NCBI GenBank assembly: GCA_951406725.2
Contig: OX597823.1
Span: 102,982,001 to 103,046,000, forward strand
Length of the DNA: 64,000 nt
From: Octopus vulgaris
Lineage: Eukaryota
Direction: 5' to 3'
The position numbers and the translations under genes were made by a program. Shown here one piece after another: positions 54,301 through 62,663 of this stretch. Below the pieces are notes generated by a model. The model made no database searches, had not been told where the DNA came from, and was given only the letters and a program-made list of their open reading frames with translations. Numbering within the stretch: the first letter of the stretch is position 1; every line of letters begins with the position of its first letter.

Positions 54301-57300
54301 GACCACAACTACAATTGTCATTTGATTGTGGTTTGATTTGATTTTATATACTTGACTCAATAGGTCTCCTCAAGTACAGCAGGTCGCCCTACAATGCAAA
54401 GGTACTTTTTGAGTGGGCTGGTTATGCGACACTGGTGTAGGTTACAGCTGTGAACTCACTTTATTTGCCAGGTCTTGTCAGTCACAGCATATCTCCAGAG
54501 GTCTTGATCTTTTGTCATTGCCTCTGTGAGGCCCAACGTTAGAAGGTCATGCTTCCCCACCTCATCCCATGTCTTCCTGAGTCTCCCTCTACCCCAGATT
54601 CCTTCCACTGTTTGGGAATGGCACTTCTTCACACAGCTCTCCTCATCCATCCGTAGTACATAACCATACCATATTTAGCTATTTCAATCATATTTAGCTA
54701 TTTCAATGTGATCAGTGTAATTGAAGTTCTTACTCTTTGTCAGTCTGTCAAAGAATCTACTACACTTTGCATGCAACTCTTGTATTAATCATACATTCTA
54801 TACCAACTGCTTCTATCCTTTCTACATTCAAAGTAGAGCCATTTTTCTGATGCACATTGCCATGCGTGGCTTCTGCTGTCTGTTACCTCCATCTTTGCCC
54901 TGTTTAATTTCTGGGTTTTTGACTCAAAACATATTCTTTTAAGCTTCAAACTTCTTTAATGGGTCTTTTGTAAATTTTGCAACAAAAACTAGATTCCTGT
55001 CATACAGAAATTCTCATGAGTATCCAAGTTCATAACTCTTTTATTATGGTCACAAAGAATATAAGGAAAACCATTAAGAAGTGCTTTCATGTAAATTTAA
55101 TTCTTTACTATGGCTACTGTCAATTCTCATTCAACTTTCTGACCTCTCATCCAAAACTTGAAGTATTTCTATTTCCATAAGCCAGTCATTCATTCATAGT
55201 TAGCTTTCCCATTGTCCTGCATACTACAACAAACAACATCAAACTATGAAAAAAGTATTTTTCTAATTCAACAAATGCTACATCCATACTGTTTGATTGT
55301 TTTACAAAGTATGTTTAGATAAATAAATGAAATAACAAGTTAGCTTTTTATCTTACCAGTTTCTGCTTCAAAATAGGTCAAATTCTTGCCATTTGATGTA
55401 AGCGTAGAAAATAATTCTAATCTGAAAGATTTAATAAATAAATAAATAAACATTAAACTTTGATAAGACTAAACAAAAACAAAATTTTAATTATGAATGT
55501 ATAATTATGTATGCCTATGTGAACTCATTAAGTCAAGGTATTTTAGCAATAGCATCATTTAAATTAGCAGATAACAGGCATCATTTCTGAAGGATATCTT
55601 TATCTAATTCCTTTAACTATTGATCTAACAAATTGACAGATGGACAGACACACTAATATAAATAACAAATCTTGTGAAAAAGAAACTATAATGAAAAACA
55701 TTTTTTTTGCTCAAAAAGTAGTGTAAAACTAAAAGAAAGAACAAAAACCAACTCACCGATAACCGAAATCTTCAGGATTTGTTAAATGTTTTATGATATT
55801 AAAAAAATGACTTCGCAACAGACCCAAATGTTCTTTCTGCAAAATAAAGATTTTGAATTACTTGTCATTTATCATATTATCAACAAAAAGGAACCTCTAT
55901 GCAGATATTATATAACAAGCTAGAAATAGCAGCCAAATGTCTCTCAAATAACACAGGAGATAATGTGTACCTAGATATTCCTGAAAAGATGGGCTGACTA
56001 CAGCTGGAACGAATATAGTCATATGTCAGCTAAGTCAAGGCTGACCTGGAATTAAACAATAACACTAACAATGGACATACATGTTAGTACAATTAAGCTT
56101 TGAGATTTTGATGATGCGATTGTTTATTGTTAGAATGACAGTGTAGGGTAGGTGTGAGAAGCCCTATCTGGCTGGTTTGAATATAAAATAGTTGGAATAT
56201 TTGGGCTGGATAGGGTTGGTTTAAATGTTAAAGGGTTGACATCTTGCCATTCATCTGACATGAGTATAGAAAATAATTCAAATTGTCAAACTCTCAAGAA
56301 ACATTTATCTCATTCTCAGGGAACATACCACAGTGTGTTCTCTAAGAACAGGATAGGTTCTCTATGATTCTGAAACTACAGATCTATTGCTCTTACTCTC
56401 ACTCTACTCTTTATTCATTTAAAACCTCTCTTTCTCACTAATATGACTTCCAAACAATCAGAGTTACCAGAGATTTCCATTCCTGTAAGCCAATGTGTGA
56501 TAACCTTGCCCTTAAGAACTTCAGGGAAAATTTTGTTGTTGCCATTGGAAATCAGCAAATTTTTTTTACCATGTCTGGTATCCCACTAGATTATCCTGCC
56601 AGAGCTTTACTCTCATTCAATCCAGCAGCTACGGGCTGGAAGAGGCCTTGTGCTCGGCCCTGCACCAGACATCTGGACATGATTGGAGAAGATTTCTTGA
56701 AGCTCTGCCAGCAATAGAGAGGACTGCCAGCAATAGAGAGCACTGGTAGACTTAGTTGGCCCTATACATGATGACATTTCTGGGACAATTAACCCGGGAT
56801 GACCCCAGCCCCATCAAGCAAAAGCAAGGAAGGATGTGTGGGATATAAATTTGTAACCTAAGCTACCTGCCTATAGTTTATATCTCTGTCTTCTCTCCCA
56901 GAAGCTTCGAGTCAAATTGTATTCACATGCAGTATAAAGCCACTGGGAGCCCATTCCACCCCATGATATCAATAAGGTCCAGCAATGTCCCCCATACTTT
57001 ACCTAAGTGAAATATTTGCTGTGCCTTCTTGTAACTCACACACTCATACAGAGGACATCACATTTCACTCTTCCTTAACATCCTGTTAACAAGCATCATC
57101 CATATGCAACATCATCACACACACACACATATATAAAGAGCACCATGCGAGTGTGATCGTTGACAGAGTGGCTAACCGGCTTCCGTGCCAATGACACATA
57201 AATGGCACCATTCGAGTGTGATCGTTACCAGCGTCACCTTACTGGCACTTGTGCCCGTGCTAGTAGGGTACCAAGAGTACCATCCGATCATGATTGTTGC

Positions 57301-59310
57301 CAGAGCGGCTAACTGGCTTCCGTGCCGGTGGCACGTAAAAGGCACCATTCGAGCGTGATCATTACCAGCATCGCCTTACTGGCACTTGTGTCCGTGCTAG
57401 TAGGGTGCCAAGAGTACCCTCCGAGCATGATTGTTGCCAAGAGTACCCTCCGAGCATGATTGTTGCCAGAGCTAACTGGCTTCCGTGCCGGTGGTATGTA
57501 AGAGGCACCATTTGAGCGGGATCGTTACCAGCGTTTGTCGCCTTACTGGCACTTGTGCCCGTGCTAGTAGGGTGCCAAGAGTACCATCCAAGCATGATTG
57601 TTGCCAGAGCGGCTAACTGGCTTCCATACCAGTGGCATGTAAAAGGCACCATTCGAGCGTGATCATTACCAACGTCACCTTACTGGCACCTGTGCCGGTG
57701 GCATGTGTAAAAAGATTCGAGCGAGGTCGTTGCCAGTACCGCCTGTCTGGCCCCCGTGCCGGTGGCATGTAAAAAGCACGCACTACACTCTTGGAGTGGT
57801 TGGCGTTAGGAAGCGCATTCAGCTGTAGAAATTCTGCCAGATCAAGATTGGAGCCTGGTGCAGCCATCTGGTTCGCCAGCCCTCAGTCAAAATCATCCAA
57901 CCCATGCTAGCATGGAAAGCGGACATTAAACGATGATGATGATATATATATATATATATATAAAAAAAATATATATAAAAATACAAAATGGGATAAGAAT
58001 GCAAAGCATTCAAATAGACGATACAAAAAACAGACAGGTCATTCAAAGCCTCTAATCTTCAGTCAAGAACCGGATCATCCTCGCAATTTCGCCTGATTAA
58101 TCTTGAGATTGCTCTGATCTGGCCAGCCCCAAGGAAAAACTAAGCTACGAGCATTAGATTTCTTGGAAAAAGGATCGAATGTATACAAAACAAGGACAGA
58201 AAAACGGACGATGTTACACGAATCAATAAATGAGAACATTCTTCAATGGAGACATGCGCCTGGTTACTTACAATAGCACAAAGATAATACAATCACACAT
58301 GTATTAAGGAATCTGTATTTTATCACAAACAACCTAACTAAAACTTTGAACAGTAATACATACGCTAAACCCTACCACCCAATCTCTCACTATTCCGCAT
58401 GACAACAATGTATATGAGAGCTGCTGCAAAGTTACTGGCTTTAAAAGTATTGTGAAAGGTCTGGTTGGAGGCCCAACTTTCCAAGTTCTTTTACAAAGCT
58501 GAAGAACCACTGCAATAAGTATGTGAATCTGAGAGGAGAATATAAAATCATAATTAATTGATGCTCCCATATTTTCTCTTACCCAAAACCAGGGTCTTTC
58601 CAGCACCACCTCATATGTGTGTGTGTGCGTGCAAACGTGTATATATAAATATATATATATTACTTGTTTCAGTAACTAGACTGCAGGCTATGCTGGGACA
58701 TTGCCTTTAAATTTTAGTATGCCTAAACAACATGATAAAGACAAGGATTCCATTTTAGAGCCAAAAATATTTCATTCTTGAACAATTGTTAACCCACCAA
58801 GTGAGAGTCACACTGAAGTACTTATTGCTCACAGCTATGGAACATTGCCGTTTATATACACAAACATCCTAAACTTCGTCCAAAAGTAGGAAATATTAAA
58901 TATCAAATGAATAAACAAGACATCAAGTCACTAACTGTGTTATTTTGAAAAAAGAAAAAAGCAACTAAGAACAATTTTGGTTAATGTTTACAAGTACAAA
59001 AGCACGAAAAAAAAATCGACCTTTTTTTTTCAAAATTTTTTCAATCAAAATGTAGAACACATATAAATACTGAAAAATCGGCACAGTCATGCCTTTGGTT
59101 GTCAGAAGTGAAAGTAGTCAACTTCGTGTATTTCCGTCAGGTTTATACCTTCGTTAATTTACGCCGTTTATTTATGTACCACCACACTGTTAGGTTTATA
59201 AAACAATTGAAGTTCAGTTTAAAGTTTATAAATAAATACATTTCATGTGTAATGTATACACATGTGTATATATATATATATATATGTATACACATGTATA
59301 TATACACATG

Positions 59311-59341
<31 letters not shown>

Positions 59342-59355
59342 ACACATGTATATAT

Positions 59356-59391
<36 letters not shown>

Positions 59392-59409
59392 ACACATGTA
59401 TATATACAC

Positions 59410-59449
<40 letters not shown>

Positions 59450-59453
59450 ACAC

Positions 59454-59510
<57 letters not shown>

Positions 59511-62500
59511 CACATGTATAGACACATCTTTAATTAAACTATTGACCGCCTTAAAACGGATTTCAACAGAAAAATATTACTATAATGGATAATATAAGCA
59601 TATAACTACTTATACACACATACAATAAATACAGACGCACACACATTAGTCAGACATATAGCCACATATACACACACACACACGTGTGTATGATTGGTGT
59701 ATGTGATCGCGGTGGTGGTGGTCATTTGTGCAGATTTGGTGTGATTTCTTTTTTAAAAACAATAATGCAAGAATATATTTATTTATAAAGTTTAAACAGA
59801 ACATGGAATGAAATGTATTTATTTATAAACTTTAAACTGAACTTCAATTGTTTTATAAACCTAACAGCGTGGTGGTACGTAAATTAACGAAGGTATAAAC
59901 CTGACGGAAATACACGAAGTTGACTACTTTCACTTCTGACAACCAAAGGCATGACTGTGCCGTGAAGGGCACGATTTAGAATGTTTTATGGTAAAGATAT
60001 GCAGTGAGGATGTTTTCTTGTTATGAAGCAGTCTTGTCAATGTTATTCCGTAGTTAGACAAAGGATAACATTATAAAGAAGATTATTGAAACTTTATCTC
60101 TGTTAATAATTTTTTCTTCCTTTCGGTTGTCAGAAAAAGCAATTTTAGTTTGTTCAACTCTGCTTGGATGACTAAAGGGATCATATAGTAGCTATTAGAA
60201 GTTGTTGTTGTTTAGTCTCATGCCGACTCTGATTGAGCAGAACTATAACCAAAAGCACTCCAACTACAACTAGTTCATCTTTTTTTTTTCCAGACTGAGT
60301 ACCTTAGATTACCCAAAGTATCTTTTTCTTATTTAAGATGGTAGGATATGATTTGATGGAGATTTGGCTGCTATTTCTAGCAAGTCAAACAACCACAAAG
60401 AAGCACTTACTTTAAGTTCAAGTTGCTAAAAGTAGACCTAACAAGTGACATTTTGCAAAAGCTAATTTATTGACACAAAAAGAATTTATAGTTGACATGG
60501 TTTATATGTGTATAAGTAACATTATAACATTATATAGAAAGCAAACAGCAGCTGAAAGACAAGAGGGGAAACGGACTATCTACATGTAGCTATTATATCA
60601 TGGACAATAGGTGTGGTCCATAAGATTATCTTACATTTCACATAGCTAAGTGTAGTATCCATTTCATTGTCTTCTACAGCTAAGATCTTGCTTCTAACCT
60701 AATGACTGTAAGATTTCTTACAAGGCACAACATTGAGGATGAAGAAAAATATTCAGTGCTATGAATCTTAAAACGAACATTTCACTTCATTCAATGACCT
60801 GATGGTAATATAGAATAGAAATAACAATTGCTCTATGGCCAAAAATAAAAATAATAGAGGCACTATCAAATATCTGAATCATCTGTTACATTTTTAAGTT
60901 CATTCTATCATCTAGAAACAAAGAATTAAATCACACTCCATTTTATATTTGGAATGCTTAGCCAAAGAAAAGTAAAACTAGAAACTAACAAAAATAGTGT
61001 GGTCTGTATTGACAAAGAAAAAAGAGGGTTAATAAAACTTAACATATTTGATGGCATAAAAAAAATGTCACAAAACAATCACCATGAGTCCTACATGTGA
61101 AGTTGAGCTTATATTACATGCTTTGATGCACTAAAAACTTTTTTCCTGAATATGCGCTGATGAAATAGGGTTGCATCTAAAATACCTATGTCTTTTATGC
61201 AAGCAAATATGGTATTAAAATAACCTGTTATTCGATGGATAAAAATGGACAGCAAAATTACCTTTGACCTATTTTAATCTTATACAACCCTGCTCCAGAA
61301 GAGACAACCTCAAAAGCAACAACTAGTTCACTCATAACTTCTTTATAGCAGTACAGATGAGGGACTGCCTACAATACCTACAGTTACTAAGCACCATCAA
61401 CTGGCAGTCATTTACACAATACAGCAATGCCTGCAAGATTATCCTCAGAGGAACAAAGGGCTTCTTATGCATCAAACAGCTTGAAGCTTTCTTGCTACGC
61501 AAAGTGTAGCTGAGCCTTCTAGATTTTGACATGAATGTCACTTTACTATGAAGAATTCACGTAATTACCTTTCTTCAACAATGATAAAGGTTTTGTAAGT
61601 AAATCTTTTACAGATAACACTACAGCTTTTGCTGACCTTTTTTCAACAACATACAAAATCCTTCACAAACTCTTCTTTTCCACTCTATATGCCCAGCACA
61701 TTGGTACCAAACCTGAAAACACCGTCAGTCACTTCAACAAAACAAGGCAACTAATTTTGATGATGCTCCTTCTGCAACCTTTTCACTGCCAACTATATTA
61801 TCAACCCCATTTAAAAACATCTCATTCATAAACAGTACCCCTGTGATTATGTTGCTTCTGTCTGTGTTCTCAATAACCATCTCTCCAATACACATCAATG
61901 GCCCCTCACTCTTGAGAATACAGCTCCTGTTTCTCTGAACAAGCAAGCTACATATCACTCATTACTGGCCAATCCACTTTTGCTATTGGTCACCATCCAT
62001 AACAAGAACAGCAGCTCCATTAAATCTAACACAGCATCAAGCTACATCCTTATTAATTTATGAAACGTCTATCTTTGAGAAAGTTCCTCTGACTTGATAT
62101 GGCTGTGTAGTTCAAATTTAGTGATTCAAAAAGATGTCCAATCGTTATAGCATATCCAGGACAGCACACCTAAACAATACAAGATGATCATGGCAAAATA
62201 ACTTCAATCAATGCAGTATTCAAACGGCATGTTACTCAAATTATTTACCCACAACAACAATTATTATCATTAACTACACTGACCTTATTGGATTTTATTC
62301 TTGTCATTCCAAGAAGACATTGCATCATTCCTTATAAAAAATTTTACTTTTTAAATTTTTTTTTTATATATTTCTGCTCCACCCCTTGAAATATGTCGAA
62401 TTTCAAACCTTGTAAACTTTGTGAATTTTGAATTTTTTACCAATGCTGCCTTTGAAGGTTTTTTTCTACCCTGTTGATGACTTGTTCCCTCCCTCCCACC

Positions 62501-62663
62501 CAATTTTATTTAGAAACAGATAAAAACCAAAATCAAATAGAAAGTTATTTCTTACCTGCCCCTTGATAAGATGTAACAGGAAAGCTAATGCAACATGCCT
62601 GTCTTCTGTAACAGGAGATTCTACCAAATCTTTGATAGCTTGCCATATGGCAGCCACAGCATT
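3189..62663 (-). CDS. TSC2: Tuberin / tuberous sclerosis complex 2 (partial, 32 coding exons in window; 5' and 3' ends outside window)
   Basis: 32 manually spliced GT-AG exons sum to 4947 nt with consistent phases. Peptides match tuberin motifs: [83 protein letters not shown]...KKRHIGND (Rap-GAP domain). Confidence 0.97.
3682..3724. repeat. (TA)n microsatellite (others at ~15888-15927, 25439-25474, 41317-41345)
   Basis: Visible directly. Confidence 0.95.
4213..4402 (-). CDS. TSC2: TSC2 exon, 190 nt (GAP domain)
   Basis: cag|[63 protein letters not shown]|gtaaa. Confidence 0.95.
4720..5760 (+). mobile_element. R4/Dong-like non-LTR retrotransposon RT fragment, degenerate
   Basis: [48 protein letters not shown]; multiple stops and frameshifts. 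Confidence 0.75.
5826..6240 (-). mobile_element. RTE-3'-end module with tandem ~60-nt units
   Basis: Same family as 2541-3055. Other copies at ~9120-9300(+), 9878-10120(-), 19325-19510(+), 21645-21995(-), 23974-24297(-), 24325-24513(+), 25488-25641(-), 29833-30062(-), 35638-35952(+), 37570-37730(+), 37750-38160(-), 44750-44945(-). Confidence 0.85.
6292..6378 (-). CDS. TSC2: TSC2 exon, 87 nt (start of GAP domain)
   Basis: cag|[29 protein letters not shown]|gtaaa. Confidence 0.95.
7933..8331 (-). CDS. TSC2: TSC2 exon, 399 nt (acceptor has in-frame alternatives)
   Basis: tag|[22 protein letters not shown]...HRPRGQTIS...[13 protein letters not shown]...PLLLPNNQ|gtgagt. Confidence 0.88.
9775..10411. 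mobile_element. Nested TTAA-flanked (piggyBac-like) MITEs
   Basis: Outer ttaa-ccctctcacca...tggtgagagag-ttaa; inner ccctttg...caaaggg (9852-10160) and ttaa-ccattcagc... (10167-10383). Confidence 0.5.
10960..11340 (+). mobile_element. RTE-like LINE C-terminal fragment
   Basis: [26 protein letters not shown]...R.YI, resembling RTE ORF C-termini. Confidence 0.55.
11351..12211 (+). mobile_element. Internally deleted mariner-like element
   Basis: TA-flanked TIRs tgaggcggtatcaaaaactttcc / ggaactttttgataccaactca; remnants [35 protein letters not shown]. Confidence 0.85.
13168..13580 (-). mobile_element. tRNA-derived SINE (octopus OR-type, CORE-like centre)
   Basis: On the minus strand: gtgtggtaagaagcttgcttccc...gggttcagtcccactgc...cttgggcaagtgtctt; related copies at ~15465-15860(+), 23580-23920, 30868-31435, 34615-34925(+), 47397-47748, 49080-49545. 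Confidence 0.75.
16287..16727 (-). CDS. TSC2: TSC2 exon, 441 nt (disordered region; 3' boundary less certain)
   Basis: cag|[23 protein letters not shown]...LLSHTAFP|gttagt; [10 protein letters not shown] resembles human LSKSSSSPEL. Confidence 0.78.
17249..17948. mobile_element. Tc1-like foldback non-autonomous element with ~155-bp inverted arms
   Basis: TA|cagggtgtcccaaaagtcactga...tcagtgacttttgggacaccttg|TA; internal transposase remnants WFQQDG, WP.CSPDL, W.YLKERVY on both strands. Confidence 0.85.
18180..18256 (-). CDS. TSC2: TSC2 exon, 77 nt (acidic low-complexity; donor choice inferred from phase)
   Basis: cag|(D)[25 protein letters not shown]|gttggc; needed to bridge phase 1 to phase 0; alternative donor at 18199. 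Confidence 0.72.
18335..18607 (+). mobile_element. LINE 3' end remnant with (ATT)n tail
   Basis: ...cacttttgacaagttgtggtgcacctgagcactgtagacaataatttc(att)n; family assignment uncertain. Confidence 0.45.
18929..19279 (-). CDS. TSC2: TSC2 exon, 351 nt
   Basis: cag|[43 protein letters not shown]...FTNKE|gtaat. Confidence 0.9.
19560..20020 (+). mobile_element. R4/Dong-like LINE C-terminal (restriction-like endonuclease) fragment
   Basis: Degenerate H.KVA..IH..L, KWYKHQ, W...I.T...LHHN..DI, K..KYQ.., VVPILI. Confidence 0.6.
20120..20870 (-). mobile_element. Cluster of ~4 tandem tRNA-derived SINE copies
   Basis: Repeated ctggtacttatttt..gaccc...ggatgaaa.gcaaagtc.acct.ggyggaatttgaactcag. Confidence 0.75.
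20945..21378 (-). CDS. TSC2: TSC2 exon, 434 nt
   Basis: cag|[30 protein letters not shown]...QSSPHILP|gtaag; lies within ORF 20928..21431. Confidence 0.92.
23291..23443 (-). CDS. TSC2: TSC2 exon, 153 nt
   Basis: cag|[50 protein letters not shown](R)|gtatg. Confidence 0.93.
25955..26097 (-). CDS. TSC2: TSC2 exon, 143 nt
   Basis: tag|[47 protein letters not shown](R)|gtaag; contains the RARAGS Akt-type motif. Confidence 0.9.
26380..26482 (-). CDS. TSC2: TSC2 exon, 103 nt
   Basis: tag|[34 protein letters not shown]|gtaag; human LAHHVIAMWFIRCR. Confidence 0.93.
27426..27519 (-). CDS. TSC2: TSC2 exon, 94 nt
   Basis: cag|[30 protein letters not shown](K)|gtaag. Confidence 0.94.
27615..27822. 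mobile_element. Mariner-derived MITE (~200 bp)
   Basis: TA-flanked imperfect TIRs aggggatgctgaaaagtttttggcttt / aaagccaggaccttttcaatgcccct; second copy at 58415-58613. Confidence 0.7.
29137..29326 (-). CDS. TSC2: TSC2 exon, 190 nt
   Basis: cag|[63 protein letters not shown]|gtaag. Confidence 0.94.
30504..30644 (-). CDS. TSC2: TSC2 exon, 141 nt
   Basis: tag|[47 protein letters not shown]|gtata. Confidence 0.91.
31141..31340. mobile_element. 200-bp mariner MITE inserted in a SINE
   Basis: TA|ttaggttgttcagaaagttctgagcattttt...aaaaatgctcagaactttccagacaacctaa|TA. Confidence 0.88.
32176..32301 (-). CDS. TSC2: TSC2 exon, 126 nt
   Basis: tag|[42 protein letters not shown]|gtaag. Confidence 0.92.
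33344..33476 (-). CDS. TSC2: TSC2 exon, 133 nt
   Basis: cag|[44 protein letters not shown]|gtaag. Confidence 0.88.
35277..35389 (-). CDS. TSC2: TSC2 exon, 113 nt
   Basis: cag|[37 protein letters not shown](N)|gtaag. Confidence 0.9.
36100..36222 (-). CDS. TSC2: TSC2 exon, 123 nt
   Basis: cag|[41 protein letters not shown]|gtaag. Confidence 0.88.
36712..36984 (+). repeat. ~270-bp local direct duplication (other copy at 38328-38599)
   Basis: Near-identical aactgtacctttc...ctatggctggg at both positions. Confidence 0.9.
37199..37324 (-). CDS. TSC2: TSC2 exon, 126 nt
   Basis: cag|[42 protein letters not shown]|gtaag. Confidence 0.88.
38820..38966 (-). CDS. TSC2: TSC2 exon, 147 nt
   Basis: tag|[49 protein letters not shown]|gtaag. 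Confidence 0.9.
39786..39967 (+). repeat. Compound (GA)n/(GACAGGGAGA) purine microsatellite adjacent to a splice donor
   Basis: Visible directly; ends about 12 nt from the exon boundary at 39980. Confidence 0.95.
39980..40061 (-). CDS. TSC2: TSC2 exon, 82 nt
   Basis: cag|[27 protein letters not shown]|gtaggt. Confidence 0.92.
40935..41315 (-). mobile_element. Probable Penelope-like element terminal remnant carrying a hammerhead motif
   Basis: Non-coding segment bounded by (TA)n runs and containing a minimal-stem-III hammerhead, which is typical of Penelope-like elements; family call is inferred. Confidence 0.55.
41117..41216 (-). ncRNA. Type I hammerhead ribozyme motif (minimal stem III)
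   Basis: Minus strand: CUUUC-CUGAUGA-GAAGAU...GUCUUC-GAAA-C-AU-G-UC^-GAAAG; full catalytic core, stems I and II paired, GUC cleavage triplet. Confidence 0.8.
41346..42636 (+). mobile_element. Full-length mariner (DD34D-type) transposon, 1291 bp
   Basis: TA|cgagggacgttcaataagtaatgcctctgacccactt...aagtgggtcaggggcattacttattgaacgcccctcg|TA, inserted in a (TA)n run. Confidence 0.95.
41513..42563 (+). pseudogene. Mariner transposase pseudogene
   Basis: [17 protein letters not shown]..., [20 protein letters not shown] (W changed to stop), [26 protein letters not shown]; two frameshifts and internal stops. Confidence 0.92.
43101..43326 (-). mobile_element. Well-preserved tRNA-derived SINE (octopus OK-type)
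   Basis: Minus strand head GGTGGTGAGCTGGCAGAATCGTTAG (A-box-like)...GAGTTCAAATTCC (B box), then CTTTGCCTTTCATCCTTTCAGGGTCGATAAATTAAGTACCAG. Confidence 0.8.
43693..43796 (-). CDS. TSC2: TSC2 exon, 104 nt
   Basis: cag|[34 protein letters not shown](S)|gtatt. Confidence 0.92.
44570..44713 (-). CDS. TSC2: TSC2 exon, 144 nt
   Basis: cag|[48 protein letters not shown]|gtaag. Confidence 0.9.
45165..45470 (-). mobile_element. SINE with a distinct 3' tail
   Basis: Minus strand gtgttgtgttcttgagtaagacacttta..gctccagttcactcagc central block, shared with copies at ~47185-47390 and 52965-53150. Confidence 0.6.
45656..45804. repeat. Near-perfect hairpin, ~65-bp arms with 19-nt loop
   Basis: tataatacaaataagaaaatgg...gatattagaat / attctaatatcc...ccattttcttatttgtattata; 2 mismatches. 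Confidence 0.92.
46200..46343 (-). CDS. TSC2: TSC2 exon, 144 nt
   Basis: tag|[48 protein letters not shown]|gtaag. Confidence 0.92.
46840..46966 (-). CDS. TSC2: TSC2 exon, 127 nt
   Basis: cag|[42 protein letters not shown]|gtact. Confidence 0.93.
48263..48327 (+). repeat. (GA)n microsatellite
   Basis: Visible directly. Confidence 0.95.
48742..48815 (-). CDS. TSC2: TSC2 exon, 74 nt
   Basis: cag|[24 protein letters not shown](K)|gtgagt; human LMRNLLGTHLGH. Confidence 0.93.
49656..49781 (-). CDS. TSC2: TSC2 exon, 126 nt
   Basis: cag|[42 protein letters not shown]|gtaaa. Confidence 0.92.
50040..50895. mobile_element. Cluster of 4-5 tRNA-derived SINE copies
   Basis: Repeated ggatgaaaggcaaagt.gacctc..tggaatttgaactcagaatgtaaag units separated by (aat)n. 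Confidence 0.8.
50947..50995 (-). CDS. TSC2: TSC2 exon, 49 nt
   Basis: aag|[16 protein letters not shown]|gtaag; phase 2->0 fits both neighbours. Confidence 0.82.
53548..53680 (-). CDS. TSC2: TSC2 exon, 133 nt
   Basis: cag|[43 protein letters not shown](Q)|gtatg. Confidence 0.88.
53985..54670 (-). mobile_element. 5'-truncated RTE LINE 3' end (ORF C-terminus plus tandem module and tail)
   Basis: ORF 54456..54650 [30 protein letters not shown] matches 1690-1830; contiguous with the (cat)n module. Confidence 0.85.
55357..55421 (-). CDS. TSC2: TSC2 exon, 65 nt
   Basis: cag|[21 protein letters not shown]|gtaag; resembles human [20 protein letters not shown]. Confidence 0.9.
55757..55836 (-). 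CDS. TSC2: TSC2 exon, 80 nt
   Basis: cag|[26 protein letters not shown](R)|gtgagt. Confidence 0.9.
56570..56830 (+). mobile_element. RTE-like LINE C-terminal fragment
   Basis: [28 protein letters not shown]. Confidence 0.55.
57139..57942 (+). mobile_element. RTE-3'-end module with an expanded internal tandem array (alternating subunits) and (GAT)n tail
   Basis: Repeating cgtgccggtggcacgtaaaaggcaccattcgagcgtgatcgttaccagc.tc.ccttactggcac and gtgcccgtgctagtagggtgccaagagtacc units; ends ggacattaaac(gat)n. Confidence 0.88.
59079..59962. repeat. ~155-168-bp near-perfect inverted repeat enclosing a (TA)n/TACACATG compound microsatellite
   Basis: Arms at 59079-59246 and 59808-59962; microsatellite at ~59253-59520. 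Confidence 0.92.
61260..61960 (-). mobile_element. Possible degenerate LINE 5' region (APE endonuclease N-terminus)
   Basis: Minus strand GTNVLGI*SGKEEFV...KV...VIC, weakly resembling the GTWNV...GK start of RTE ORFs. Confidence 0.3.
62556..62663 (-). CDS. TSC2: TSC2 exon (first in window), 108 nt
   Basis: cag|[36 protein letters not shown]|gtaag; resembles human HAVEALWKAVADLL...IVQGQ. Confidence 0.92.

Noticed and set aside
58020-58160. Possible second hammerhead (minus-strand CUGAAGA and GCGAAAU fragments)
   Set aside because: Core elements are not in the right order with paired stems; at best a decayed remnant
59099-59592. Multiple ORFs rich in YI/IY/HV
   Set aside because: Translations of (TA)n/TACACATG microsatellite
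3189-62663. Minor (U12) or non-canonical introns in TSC2
   Set aside because: All modelled introns are GT-AG and none has the GTATCCTT donor
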